Under the pieces are notes generated by a model that was not told the DNA's origin, made no database searches, and saw nothing but the letters and a program-made list of their open reading frames with translations. A DNA stretch of 24,659 nt from Candidatus Hermodarchaeota archaeon (GTDB lineage Archaea; Asgardarchaeota; Hermodarchaeia; Hermodarchaeales; Hermodarchaeaceae), in NCBI GenBank assembly GCA_016840065.1, contig JAEOTB010000047.1, positions 1 through 24,659 of the forward strand, written 5' to 3'. Of the stretch, positions 8,364 to 17,690 are shown one piece after another. How positions within the stretch are numbered: the stretch's first letter is position 1; each line of letters starts with the position of its first letter. A program made the position numbers and the translations under genes.

Positions 8364-9554
8364 TCACTCAACTTGGATTCTTTTTCCGTTGATAAAGACT
8401 TGTGTCACTTCACTGTAGAAGTCGAAGGGGTGTCCCGACCAAATGACGATATCGGCATCCTTTCCAGGTTCTAGAGATCCTACCTTATCTTGAATGCCAA
8501 GAATCCTTGCAGGGTTAATCGTTACGCATCGCAGCGCATCCTCTCGACTCATACCATGTTTAATGGTATACATGGGGAGAAGAGGGAAGTAGTTCATTGG
8601 CGTTATTGAATCAGTTTGGAGCGCCACTAGCACTCCCGCTTTATTTAGTATAACTGCTGTCTCGAAGCCGCGTTCTCTAGTTTCAGGCTTTGATGTCCAC
8701 AACATAGTTGGTCCAAGGACTGCAGGAATTTTCTTCTTTGCTAGGTGTTTTGAAATCTTATGTCCTTCAGTACAGTGGATGATGACCAATCGGAGGTCAA
8801 ACTCTTCTGCTATTCGTATTGCTGTAGCGATGTCATCAGCCCGGTGAGCGTGGGCATGAAGAGGGATCTCTTGTTTTAACACCTTGGCTATTGTTTCCAT
8901 TCCCAAGTCTCGTTTAGGAGGTTTTGGTGGAGCTTCATCCTTCTCACGCGCCTCACGGGATTTAATCCCAAAAGCCCTCCATTCCTCCAAGTAGTTTATA
9001 CCATCGGTGAGAGTCTTCCTTAGTAGTGCTGCCACACCCATCCGAGTCATGGGCATTCGCTTGTTTTCTGCTCCGTGAACTCGTTTTGGATTTTCTCCAA
9101 AAGCTACCTTAAGCCCTGAAGGTGAGAGTATAATCATTTCATCAACAACACCACTTCCAATCGGCTTGATCACGAAGCTTTCCCCAGAGATAACGTTTCC
9201 AGACCCAGGACCAGTGTTGATTGTCGTGACCCCACCTCTCAGCACTTCTTTAAGAGATGGTTCAAAGGGATTGAATCCGTCTATTCCACGCATCTCTGGC
9301 GTTGTTGGAGTAGTCATCTCGTTGCCATCTCTTCCAGCCCATCCAATTGTTCCATCGAACATACCCTGGTGACAATGTGCGTCGATAAAGCCAGGGAGAA
9401 CGTATTGTCCGTCAACATCGATTACCTTGGCAGCCTTTGGAACATTAACAGATTTTCCAACGTCAACGATTTTGCCCTTATCAAACAGAATAGTTCCTTT
9501 CTCGATGAGTCCCTGAACGGGACAAAGAACCGTTGCATTCACTATTGCCTTCAA
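8364..9554 (-). CDS. metal-dependent amidohydrolase (imidazolonepropionase-like family)
   Basis: PGFIDAHCH, LKVAFGENPK, HAHRADDI, IHCTEG, TD, TINPARILG and GSLEPGKDADIVIW. Confidence 0.93.
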   Translation of the reverse strand: MKAIVNATVLCPVQGLIEKGTILFDKGKIVDVGKSVNVPKAAKVIDVDGQYVLPGFIDAHCHQGMFDGTIGWAGRDGNEMTTPTTPEMRGIDGFNPFEPSLKEVLRGGVTTINTGPGSGNVISGESFVIKPIGSGVVDEMIILSPSGLKVAFGENPKRVHGAENKRMPMTRMGVAALLRKTLTDGINYLEEWRAFGIKSREAREKDEAPPKPPKRDLGMETIAKVLKQEIPLHAHAHRADDIATAIRIAEEFDLRLVIIHCTEGHKISKHLAKKKIPAVLGPTMLWTSKPETRERGFETAVILNKAGVLVALQTDSITPMNYFPLLPMYTIKHGMSREDALRCVTINPARILGIQDKVGSLEPGKDADIVIWSGHPFDFYSEVTQVFINGKRIQVE

Positions 9555-9613
9555 AATAAATCAACCACAGTCGCCTATGTTGTCTAACAAGAAAAGGTTT
9601 ACACCCTGATAGA

Positions 9614-10804
9614 TTAATCGCTTGACGCTAAGTCAACAGCTGATGCGATTGTTGCTTTACACACTTTCAACATGAAGTCGAAGTCCAGTGTGATGATTTT
9701 GTCTGCAGGTGTGTGATAGTAGGGATTCCTGAAGTTAGCGGTATCTGTTAAGAATAACGCGGGGATTCCTGCTCTCCAGAAGGGAGCATGATCTGACCTT
9801 AGAATGTCTTGCATGAGATGCGCAATCTGTTCATAGCTGAACTCCCCCTGCAAACAGGAATAGGGAAGGTTAATCGCGTCCAGCTGACATTGACGACAAA
9901 ACGCATCAGCAAGCTGCGCTGAATTTTTATCCCCAATAACTGCCAGAAAATCTCCAATTGTCAGACTCTTATCAGTCCCATAGGTTTTAGCAAGGTCTGC
10001 AGGTATCCCCTTTGGGAAACGTTGGGAATGCTCAGCTTTTGATATATAGCCAACCATCTCTAGGTTGAGAACCCCTAAAACCTGCTTTCCAAGGCGAACG
10101 GCTTCATCGACCCAGAAGCTACTCCCAACAAGGCCTGTCTGACCAGGCCAAGATGTCACTGTCACATCCTCGGATAATCGTTCGAGTCCCTTCAGATATT
10201 CAAGTTCTTTAGAAGATATATTGCCTTGGAGTTTGGACCTAGCCTTCTCCATAGCTTCAGAGGGCTTGACTCCCGGCATTTGGTTCCAGATTCTCTTGTG
10301 CTCTTCTATCAGTTGAGCAGTATGCCAGGATGTGTAGCGTCCCTTTTCATCCTTAAGCCCAAGCTTGATGGCAAGTTCTTTCATTTTAGCTGCTCGTGCG
10401 GGATTCCCCTCCTCCAAGGAAAAGCTAACAAACCGGGCATTCCCTGACCATCCAGCTTCAGCTAAGACGCGTGCTGATTCCAGCATAACAGCAATAGCAG
10501 AACCATTATCATCCGCACCAGGAGAACGGTCTACTGTGTCATAATGTGATGTAATAAGCAGCTCAGGTTTCGTGCATTCACCGATGATTCCCTCAATATT
10601 GTGGAAGACTCCATCAAAGCCATCCACTCTAAACTCTTGTTTTTTCGTGCTCAGCCCGTAACGCTCGAACTCGGAAAGGATGTAATCACCTGCTCGTTCT
10701 AGATTTTCAGGTGACACGAGAGGATGCTTGATGTACTCAACAGCTAGTACATGATTATAGAGGCGCTCAACACTTGCCTTAGCCATAATACTATCAATTC
10801 GCAT
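9614..10804 (-). CDS. M28-family zinc peptidase with internal insertion
   Basis: SHYDT, PGADDNGS, FSLEE, GLVGS, NLEMVG, RSDHAPF and NPYYHTPAD. Confidence 0.9.
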   Translation of the reverse strand: MRIDSIMAKASVERLYNHVLAVEYIKHPLVSPENLERAGDYILSEFERYGLSTKKQEFRVDGFDGVFHNIEGIIGECTKPELLITSHYDTVDRSPGADDNGSAIAVMLESARVLAEAGWSGNARFVSFSLEEGNPARAAKMKELAIKLGLKDEKGRYTSWHTAQLIEEHKRIWNQMPGVKPSEAMEKARSKLQGNISSKELEYLKGLERLSEDVTVTSWPGQTGLVGSSFWVDEAVRLGKQVLGVLNLEMVGYISKAEHSQRFPKGIPADLAKTYGTDKSLTIGDFLAVIGDKNSAQLADAFCRQCQLDAINLPYSCLQGEFSYEQIAHLMQDILRSDHAPFWRAGIPALFLTDTANFRNPYYHTPADKIITLDFDFMLKVCKATIASAVDLASSD

Positions 10805-10883
10805 AGTAATCCCACAATTAGAGTAGGTGGATTACTTCTTTTGGGCAGAAAAAGGTTAATGTTTCAGTCAAAGAGAACCCGCT

Positions 10884-11636
10884 TCAGTTTATCTTTGCCA
10901 TTGCTTTGGCCCTCATTTCTTGTGGCATCTTCTCCAACGCATATCTGAGTGAAACCCGTGGCATCTCAGTCTTTCGACTTATTACATAGTCGAAGACCGC
11001 GTCTCTGAAGTGTTTGGTGGCTTCTTTCAGCATCCAGCCATAACCTTTCAAGACATAGATATCCTGGTCTGTGAGCAGGGCATCTGCTACCTCAAATATA
11101 TGTTCGAACGCTTGACCCCGTCGCAATGAATAGATGAGCGCTACGGCTGCCGCTCGACGGACTGGAGGTTTGGAATGGTCTACCCACAACTTGACCTTAG
11201 GAATGACCTGCGGGTATTGGTAAACAAAGTAACCCAGTGAATGTGTGCAGAAATCATCGCAAGATCCCCAGCCCGTCAGATACGTTTTCGCCCATCGCTC
11301 AAAAATGGTGAAGTGCCTTAGCTCAAAATGCCGCTTCATTCGAAAACTCCATTGAAAGGCAATGGTCCGATAGTCTGAAACCTTACGTGTAAGTAAATCA
11401 TCGCATAGTGTCAAGACATCATCAATATCTTTCGCTCCCCGTGCCTTGATTTCACCGAACATATCTCTGGCAAGTTTTCTAATTATGGGAATATCTATCC
11501 ATCGGAGGTTACCAGCGCGTTTTACAAGCCACCGATACCCTGAAACCTCATCTTGATGCCATATTGCCTCCTTACCAGCACGTCGGAACAATTCTTCATT
11601 GATTTTTGCAACAAGCTCTTCCGAGTCTATGACCAT
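10884..11636 (-). CDS. DNA alkylation repair protein (AlkD-like HEAT glycosylase family)
   Basis: WGSCDDFC, RRAAAV, D-x-YVLKGYGWMLKE and MPRVSLRYALEK. Start reassigned from 11732 to ATG 11636, which removes the overlap with the divergent gene and has GGTG upstream. Confidence 0.88.
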   Translation of the reverse strand: MVIDSEELVAKINEELFRRAGKEAIWHQDEVSGYRWLVKRAGNLRWIDIPIIRKLARDMFGEIKARGAKDIDDVLTLCDDLLTRKVSDYRTIAFQWSFRMKRHFELRHFTIFERWAKTYLTGWGSCDDFCTHSLGYFVYQYPQVIPKVKLWVDHSKPPVRRAAAVALIYSLRRGQAFEHIFEVADALLTDQDIYVLKGYGWMLKEATKHFRDAVFDYVISRKTEMPRVSLRYALEKMPQEMRAKAMAKIN

Positions 11637-11658
11637 GTAAACACCGCATTGAATGTGA

Positions 11659-11693
11659 TTATAAGCACTCTTTACAATGACTACCTTGTCATT
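11659..11693. promoter_or_regulatory. bidirectional TATA-like box and palindromic operator candidate
   Basis: TTATAA at 11659-11664 between divergent genes, and AATGAC-N6-GTCATT at 11676-11693. Confidence 0.45.
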
Positions 11694-11716
11694 AATCCAG
11701 AAAAGGTGTTTGGAAA

Positions 11717-12052
11717 GTGGCGAAAGTAGCAATTACAGTGTTTAAGAAGTTTGATCCAGAAGATGTATTTGGGTGTCAGGTGAAATCACAATCTGGTGAA
11801 GTAGTACCGCCTTGCTCGACTTTCAAAGTCGGGGATAGATTCATTGTTGAAAATATTGCGCTAATGCCTGAGGGCTTCTGCGGGTGGGCCTGGCGAGACC
11901 TTTACAAGAACATATCAATTCTGTTCTTTGGCGGAGACTTCATGGAGCCCTATTATATTGGTGACGAATTAATCGAGCCAACTATCACCTACACCTCTTG
12001 TTCGGATGGGATACGACCAGTTATCTTCAAATTAGAGAGAATTGACTCCTAG
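11717..12052 (+). CDS. TIGR04076 family protein
   Basis: C-x2-FKVGDRF, MPEGFCGWAWRDL and SCSDGIRPVIFKLER. Confidence 0.88.
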   Translation: MAKVAITVFKKFDPEDVFGCQVKSQSGEVVPPCSTFKVGDRFIVENIALMPEGFCGWAWRDLYKNISILFFGGDFMEPYYIGDELIEPTITYTSCSDGIRPVIFKLERIDS

Positions 12053-12104
12053 TTCTGAACCAGAAAAATTCTGTAGCACAACAAAAACGACTTGGGTTGT
12101 CTCT

Positions 12105-13337
12105 ATGCGTTACGAATGTATTCAAGCGAAAACTCTTCTTTCCAAGACTCGCTGGGCTGAGTCGTGGTTTCACGCGAATCGTTCTCTGAACGCATACAAG
12201 GGCTGTGAACATGCCTGTGCTTATTGCGATGGCATGTCTGAGCGCTACTACGTGGATGACTTCACATCGCACATCCGTATCAAGGAGAACGCCCCTCAGG
12301 TGCTCCGTCGGGAACTGTTACGTGCTGGTTTCTCGGCTCGTAGTGGGAGCCTCGTTTCCTTTCTCAAAGAAGAGGATGCGGATCGTTTAAGTCGAGAAGG
12401 TCCACGGAAACAAGTCATCGGTGTCTGTGGTGGTGTTTCGGATGGCTACCAGCCAGCGGAAAAGGAACACGAGATAACCAGACAAGTGCTAGAGACTTTG
12501 CTTGATTTTCGGCTACCTGTCTTTGTATTAACCAAGTCAGATTTGGTGCTCAGAGATCTTGACTTACTAAAAGAGATTCACAAGCAGGCTTTCGTGAACA
12601 TCTGTTTTAGCATTACTTTGCATGACGAGGAGACAAGGGAAATTTTAGAACCCAAGTCTTCTTCGACAGGGGAGCGCTTCGAAGCCATCAAGGAAATCAG
12701 GAAGGCAGGAATCCATACGGGGGTTATGGGGATGCCGATGATTCCAGGAATCGGAGATACTTCTGAGAATTTGCTGGGTATCGCAGAGGAGGCGAAACGT
12801 GTTGGGGCAGACTTTGTTCAATTTAGTGGTATGACTCTAAAGCCAGGGAGACAGAAAGACCATTTCCTCAATATTGTTAAGAAACACCTTCCTGATAAAC
12901 ACGATTTTCTGAAACAAATCTTTGCTAACGACCATCCCTACGGTCACCCAATTTGGGATTTACTACCATTCAACATCATGGTGCGTGGTCGAGAAGTCTG
13001 CCAGAAAGTTGGTATTAGGGACCGCAGTGTTCGGTATATGATGCCTGGTGAGCCTGAGCCGAATGTTCGTGTTCTCCGTGTCTTGCTTGACATCGAATTC
13101 TATCAATCTTGGACGTTGGGGTATCCTTGTGTGGATTGGCAACCCTACCAAGAGTTAGCGATTACTATCGAACAGGGCGTAGAGGACCTAGAAGAACTCA
13201 GACAGCAGGGGCTACTCGGAGAACAGTTAGATATAGGCCCCCATATGGTTGCAGTTGTGGAGGAGATTCTAGATCGAGGATCTTGTGAAATTCTTGATGG
13301 AATTCTAGCAAAAATCGATAGTTACTCCGGAAAATGA
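12105..13337 (+). CDS. radical SAM protein, spore photoproduct lyase-like family, with C-terminal HhH-like domain
   Basis: NAYKGCEHACAYCD (CxxxCxxC), IKENAP, SDGYQPAE, LTKSDLVLRDLD, EP-x-S-x3-RF and PMIPGIGD. Likely start ATG 12105 (MRYECIQAKTLL). Confidence 0.9.
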   Translation: MRYECIQAKTLLSKTRWAESWFHANRSLNAYKGCEHACAYCDGMSERYYVDDFTSHIRIKENAPQVLRRELLRAGFSARSGSLVSFLKEEDADRLSREGPRKQVIGVCGGVSDGYQPAEKEHEITRQVLETLLDFRLPVFVLTKSDLVLRDLDLLKEIHKQAFVNICFSITLHDEETREILEPKSSSTGERFEAIKEIRKAGIHTGVMGMPMIPGIGDTSENLLGIAEEAKRVGADFVQFSGMTLKPGRQKDHFLNIVKKHLPDKHDFLKQIFANDHPYGHPIWDLLPFNIMVRGREVCQKVGIRDRSVRYMMPGEPEPNVRVLRVLLDIEFYQSWTLGYPCVDWQPYQELAITIEQGVEDLEELRQQGLLGEQLDIGPHMVAVVEEILDRGSCEILDGILAKIDSYSGK

Positions 13338-13675
13338 GGATGTTCTGGAGGAAGTGTCTGTCCTCCTCCTCGCTCGAATTCTGCATAGGCCCTTTGTGCG
13401 GCTTCCTCGATCACCCTTCTCATCTGCTCGAAGATGGTTTTGAACTTGTCTTCAAAGCATGCAGCGTATCCGTTAGGGTGGAATGTCGCTACTTTCGTCT
13501 TTCGTTTAAAGATGTGGAAGGTTGGGCGGGGAATTGGACCAGCAATAGGCTCAGAGGGCCTAAATGGCTCCTCCACCTCTAGACGGTATTTACCCGCACA
13601 GAATTGTTCAAAGGCCCTTGGAATCATGTCTTGTCGTGCGTTGTCCATCGCCTGGTATTTCGGATGTTTAACCAA
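13322..13675 (-). CDS. hypothetical protein
   Basis: Fills the gap between convergent genes and has a protein-like composition. GAGGTTGA SD favours TTG at 13675 over 13690. Confidence 0.7.
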   Translation of the reverse strand: MVKHPKYQAMDNARQDMIPRAFEQFCAGKYRLEVEEPFRPSEPIAGPIPRPTFHIFKRKTKVATFHPNGYAACFEDKFKTIFEQMRRVIEEAAQRAYAEFERGGGQTLPPEHPHFPE

Positions 13676-13756
13676 AATAGTCAACCTCAAAATTAATCTG
13701 TATACTTTAGAATCTGGGTCTCACAAATTTATACTTCTCGTTCACAAAGAGCTTCG

Positions 13757-16700
13757 TTACTTTGACGTAGTTCCTCCTGGTTTCTTGTCTCCTTTAAGCA
13801 ACCCTAGCTGACTCTTACATTTTGGACACTGATTTTCTTTGAATATACATAGGTTGAAGCACTTTGTGTGAAAGTGTCCGCCGCAATGACGACACTTGAT
13901 AATTGATTCAAGAGGGTAGGTAATCGCGAATACCATTCCGCAGCCAAGGCAGGGAGAACGTTTCTCCCTTTCCCGTAGTTGTTCCTTGTGATGCTCCATT
14001 ATTTGTTCATAGCATTTAATGGCTTTTTGTCGGGCCCCTGCTTTCATGTAAGCGAATCCTAAATTCACCAGGTAGTTTATATCTCCTGGATTGACTTCGA
14101 CTAGTTGACTGTAACACTTGGCTGCTTCTTCCCAATTACCAGCATTACAATGACATTCTGCCTCCAGTTCTAATAACAAGACAGAATCTCTTGAGCTTTT
14201 TTCACGAACTTGGTGTATTACTTCTGAAGCGCGTACCCACTCTTCCTGAGGGTAGGTTTCACCAGAGACTTGGTCCTCGGGTAGTGATTGTCCAGTAATG
14301 GGTAGCTTTGTTTTCATTTTTTCCTTCACCCATTGCTCAAACATTGCACCTCGGACTAAACTTGGACCAGATTGAATAATTTCTTGGAGTACACCTCTGA
14401 TTCTTCCCCTGTGAACTGAAGAACTCTGTAACGCTGAAACTAGAGGCTTGATTATTCTTGGTCCCAGTTTTGTAATGGTAGTTCTATCCATCATGATTAA
14501 AATTCCAAATACCTTATTTACAATCGGAGGTTTGGGTATATCCTCACTGGTGATGGTTTTGAGAAGTTCTTCGGCTGCGAGTTGCCCCATTGAAGTAATT
14601 GTACTTGTCAAGGAATCCCTAACTCTAGCAACATAATAACTTTGAAATTGGGTTTCAAACCCCCTGACCAGATAAGAGACGAGTGCCTTTGCAGCTCCTC
14701 TGGTCTTGATCCTTCCAAGAATCTGAATAGCAGAAATGACTGGAGAGTAATTTCTTTCATTGTTAATGTATTCTCTAAGAGGCTCGACTGCTCCATCGCC
14801 AAGCCTTTCCAGCTCTGACCACTTTCTCATCGCGATAAACAGTGAGGCTAGTTTAGCAGGGTCTGAAGGCGTCCAACCACGCCGAATAAGGAGATTGTAT
14901 GCAGCGATTCGAACTTGATTGTGTTTTGTTTCTTCGAAAAGTTTCTCAAGCGGCTTAATTATCTGCTGATTTCCTATTCTATGAAATGTTTCTATGTACA
15001 TTAACTGAACTTGATGATGTGTTTCCCGCTGAAATTCTTGTAATAGAACTTTGAATACCTTGGTACTGCCGAATGACTCAAGGGATTTTATAGCAGCAAT
15101 CCTTACTTGGTGATATTCTGTTTCTTTCAGAATCTTGATGAGTGGTTGGACAGCTTTGCGATTCCCAAGTCCCGATAAAAGCTGAATAATCGATATTTGA
15201 ATCGAGCTGTTTGATATTGTCTGGAGTCCTTGCAGAAGACCATTGAATGCCTTTGGTCCACCAATTTCTCTAAGAGCCTTAGCCGCTGCTATTCTAGATT
15301 GCGGATGAGCTCCATTCAAAAGAATATCTATTAGCTGCGGAACTGCTTGTTTATTTCTAATCCTTTGCAATGCAGATATCACTGCTATCTGAACTTGTTG
15401 GTTCGATTCAACTTGGAGACTTTTGATAAGTCCTCTAAAAGCAGATATTCCTCCAAAGGTTCCAATCGCGACGGCAGCTGCTTTACGCACATTTACACTG
15501 TTGTGCTGGTGATTGTCTGGTTCTTTTACTAGAATCTCGATGAGTGGCTTAATAGCCCGGCGGTCTCCCGAGGATTGGAGCAGCCGAATAATCTCTAGTT
15601 GAACTTGATGGTTCTTTGAATTTTTTAGAACACGACTAAGGGGAGTGATTCCTAGGCTAATTCTGTGTTTTCTAAGGGTCTGCAAAATATGCTGTTGATG
15701 TAGATTCTTCTCTAGTTGTAGGCATTTGAGAAGAATCTTAAACGCTTCATCGCCTCCAATGTTACTGATTCCAGTAATGGCTGCCCTACATGCGTTTATG
15801 CTACCCTGATTATTGGCTTCTTTGATAAAGAAGTCAGCGAGAGGGCGTAAAAATTGTTTATCACTAGTTCTTGCTAGAACAGTCACTACTGAAGTTTGAA
15901 CCTGTGCATTTTTCTCAAGTTTTAGACTCTGAACCAAAGCATTGTATGCTTCAACCCCTCCTATTGCTCCAAGAGCAGCGGCTGCTGCATTACGAACATT
16001 GAATTCCTGGTCACGAATTAGGGCTTCAACTAGTGAGGTTAATGCTTGGCTTTCAGTATTCTGACTCATATAATTGATTGCTAGGATTCGGATAGCAGGA
16101 GCAGGGTCTTGTATTGCCTTAATTAGAATCTTGGTTGTCTGAGGTGCCTTCAGACGTACCAGATGTTGAGCGGCGTTCTGGCGTAACTGCTGGATATCGC
16201 TGTGCATAAGAATGTGGGCGAAGGCTTCTAAGGCTGCTAAGAGGAGTGTTTCACTCTGTGATTCTGCTTTAACTGGAGTGATCATCTGAGCTACGGAAAA
16301 CCTGAATTGCTGATCAGGTTCGTTTTTTAGAACATGAGCTATTGCACTTTCTACACGTGGATTATCTGTAGGTAATAGAAGCCGAAGCGCTGCATTCCTA
16401 GTTGTTGTATCATTATCAAACAAGAATTGTTGAATCAGAAGGTCTGTTGCGCGCCCTCCCATCGATTGCAGCCCTACACCAGCTAGCCGCTGGACCTCTC
16501 CCGAATCATCTCGAAGCGCTTCAAATAGAGCATCGATACTTCGGGGATCCTGGATTTCCTGGAGCATTTTCGCTGCCTTTGTTCTAATTGACAAGTCAGC
16601 ATCTTTAAGCAGGAATATCAGAGCATCAACCACACGAGGATAGACCACCCCCTCTTCACCTGCTTGATGCTCATACCAATGCTCGAAAACCTCAACCGCC

Positions 16701-17305
16701 TTCCTCCTAACTTTTGGGTGTTGATCCGTTAGCCATGGAACAAGCAACTCTACAATCCTTTCATCCCTGATTTTCCCTAGGGATGAAATGGCAATCCATC
16801 GAACACGGAAATCCTCGTCTCGTCTCAGGCGAAAAAGCGAGTTTGCTACTAGGGCTTCACGGAGTTCTCCCAAGCTTTGGGCTGCTGCTCCCCTGACTCG
16901 CCACTGCTCATCAAGGAGGGCCTTTGTGAGAGGAGTTATAGAATTCTTCCCAAACTTCCTCAAGGCGATAGCAATTCTAGATCGTAAAATACTAGAAGGG
17001 TCCCTTATTACTAGCTGTGCTAGAGCTTCGAAAATCCTCTTCTCCTGGAATCCTCCAAGGGCTAGAGCTGCTTCCATACGCACCTCATAATTCCCATCGC
17101 TCAGGGCCTTAAGCAACGGCTCTATAACCGATTTATCGTGTCTTACCCCTAGCACATAAGCTGCAGCCCTTCTGTGATCAAGTTCAGAATGAGTGGCTAA
17201 CACTTTGACAAGAGCCTGGATTGTGCTGTTCTCATAGATTCTGAAACCGAAGTTGTCGACTTCTTCGGCAGGGGTTCCACCTAGCCAGACACGCCGCATA
17301 CTCAA
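13757..17305 (-). CDS. large PBS-lyase HEAT-repeat protein with TPR pair and C-terminal C4HC3 RING-like zinc finger
   Basis: More than 20 repeats of L..AL.D....VR..AA..LG. TPRs (GNWEEAAKCYSQLVEVNPGD; YLVNLGFAYMKAG...AIKCYE). C-x2-C-x15-C-x2-C-x4-H-x2-C-x10-C-x2-C at 13817-13951. GGAGGT SD 7 nt before the TTG. Confidence 0.9.
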   Translation of the reverse strand: MSMRRVWLGGTPAEEVDNFGFRIYENSTIQALVKVLATHSELDHRRAAAYVLGVRHDKSVIEPLLKALSDGNYEVRMEAALALGGFQEKRIFEALAQLVIRDPSSILRSRIAIALRKFGKNSITPLTKALLDEQWRVRGAAAQSLGELREALVANSLFRLRRDEDFRVRWIAISSLGKIRDERIVELLVPWLTDQHPKVRRKAVEVFEHWYEHQAGEEGVVYPRVVDALIFLLKDADLSIRTKAAKMLQEIQDPRSIDALFEALRDDSGEVQRLAGVGLQSMGGRATDLLIQQFLFDNDTTTRNAALRLLLPTDNPRVESAIAHVLKNEPDQQFRFSVAQMITPVKAESQSETLLLAALEAFAHILMHSDIQQLRQNAAQHLVRLKAPQTTKILIKAIQDPAPAIRILAINYMSQNTESQALTSLVEALIRDQEFNVRNAAAAALGAIGGVEAYNALVQSLKLEKNAQVQTSVVTVLARTSDKQFLRPLADFFIKEANNQGSINACRAAITGISNIGGDEAFKILLKCLQLEKNLHQQHILQTLRKHRISLGITPLSRVLKNSKNHQVQLEIIRLLQSSGDRRAIKPLIEILVKEPDNHQHNSVNVRKAAAVAIGTFGGISAFRGLIKSLQVESNQQVQIAVISALQRIRNKQAVPQLIDILLNGAHPQSRIAAAKALREIGGPKAFNGLLQGLQTISNSSIQISIIQLLSGLGNRKAVQPLIKILKETEYHQVRIAAIKSLESFGSTKVFKVLLQEFQRETHHQVQLMYIETFHRIGNQQIIKPLEKLFEETKHNQVRIAAYNLLIRRGWTPSDPAKLASLFIAMRKWSELERLGDGAVEPLREYINNERNYSPVISAIQILGRIKTRGAAKALVSYLVRGFETQFQSYYVARVRDSLTSTITSMGQLAAEELLKTITSEDIPKPPIVNKVFGILIMMDRTTITKLGPRIIKPLVSALQSSSVHRGRIRGVLQEIIQSGPSLVRGAMFEQWVKEKMKTKLPITGQSLPEDQVSGETYPQEEWVRASEVIHQVREKSSRDSVLLLELEAECHCNAGNWEEAAKCYSQLVEVNPGDINYLVNLGFAYMKAGARQKAIKCYEQIMEHHKEQLREREKRSPCLGCGMVFAITYPLESIIKCRHCGGHFHTKCFNLCIFKENQCPKCKSQLGLLKGDKKPGGTTSK

Positions 17306-17690
17306 TATTCAGACCTCCCATAGACCACAAGCACATTCGTAGCAAAAGAGTTGCGGTTTCGAAGCATGAGAAGACAGGCAGTGATTCTTGACCAAAGTTT
17401 TAGCAGCTTGACCATTCTTACTTCCCACTATGACATTCACATAAATGAAGACAGAATAGAATATAAAAGATTAGATTTAGCTGAAGACCAGCCTGCCTAT
17501 TATTCACTTGGATGCTGGGGTGCCCCCGTTTTTATAGAACCTGATAGATAATATTATTATTACGCGGAACCGTTTCCTTGAAACGCGGGATGTAACTGGA
17601 TGAATACCACTCATCGGAAATCTAGGGTCCGAGAAATATTCATCACTCAATAGGCGAAAATCCTCTCAAGGAAAATGAGGGAAACTGGTA

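Noticed and set aside
10136-10408. M28 insertion as an intein or intron
   Set aside because: It lacks Cys/Ser start and His-Asn end motifs, stays in frame, and shows no evident bulge-helix-bulge.
11637-11732. N-terminal extension of the AlkD-like ORF given in the track
   Set aside because: It would overlap the divergent gene and its promoter. ATG 11636 fits better.
17455-17463. ATAGAATA half-site matching the PadR operator next to the HEAT gene TATA-like box
   Set aside because: Only one half-site in AT-rich DNA, which is too little to claim PadR control.
17351-17551. 66-aa ORF in the divergent spacer
   Set aside because: TTG start with no SD, it covers both putative TATA boxes, and it has no motif. 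It cannot be fully excluded.
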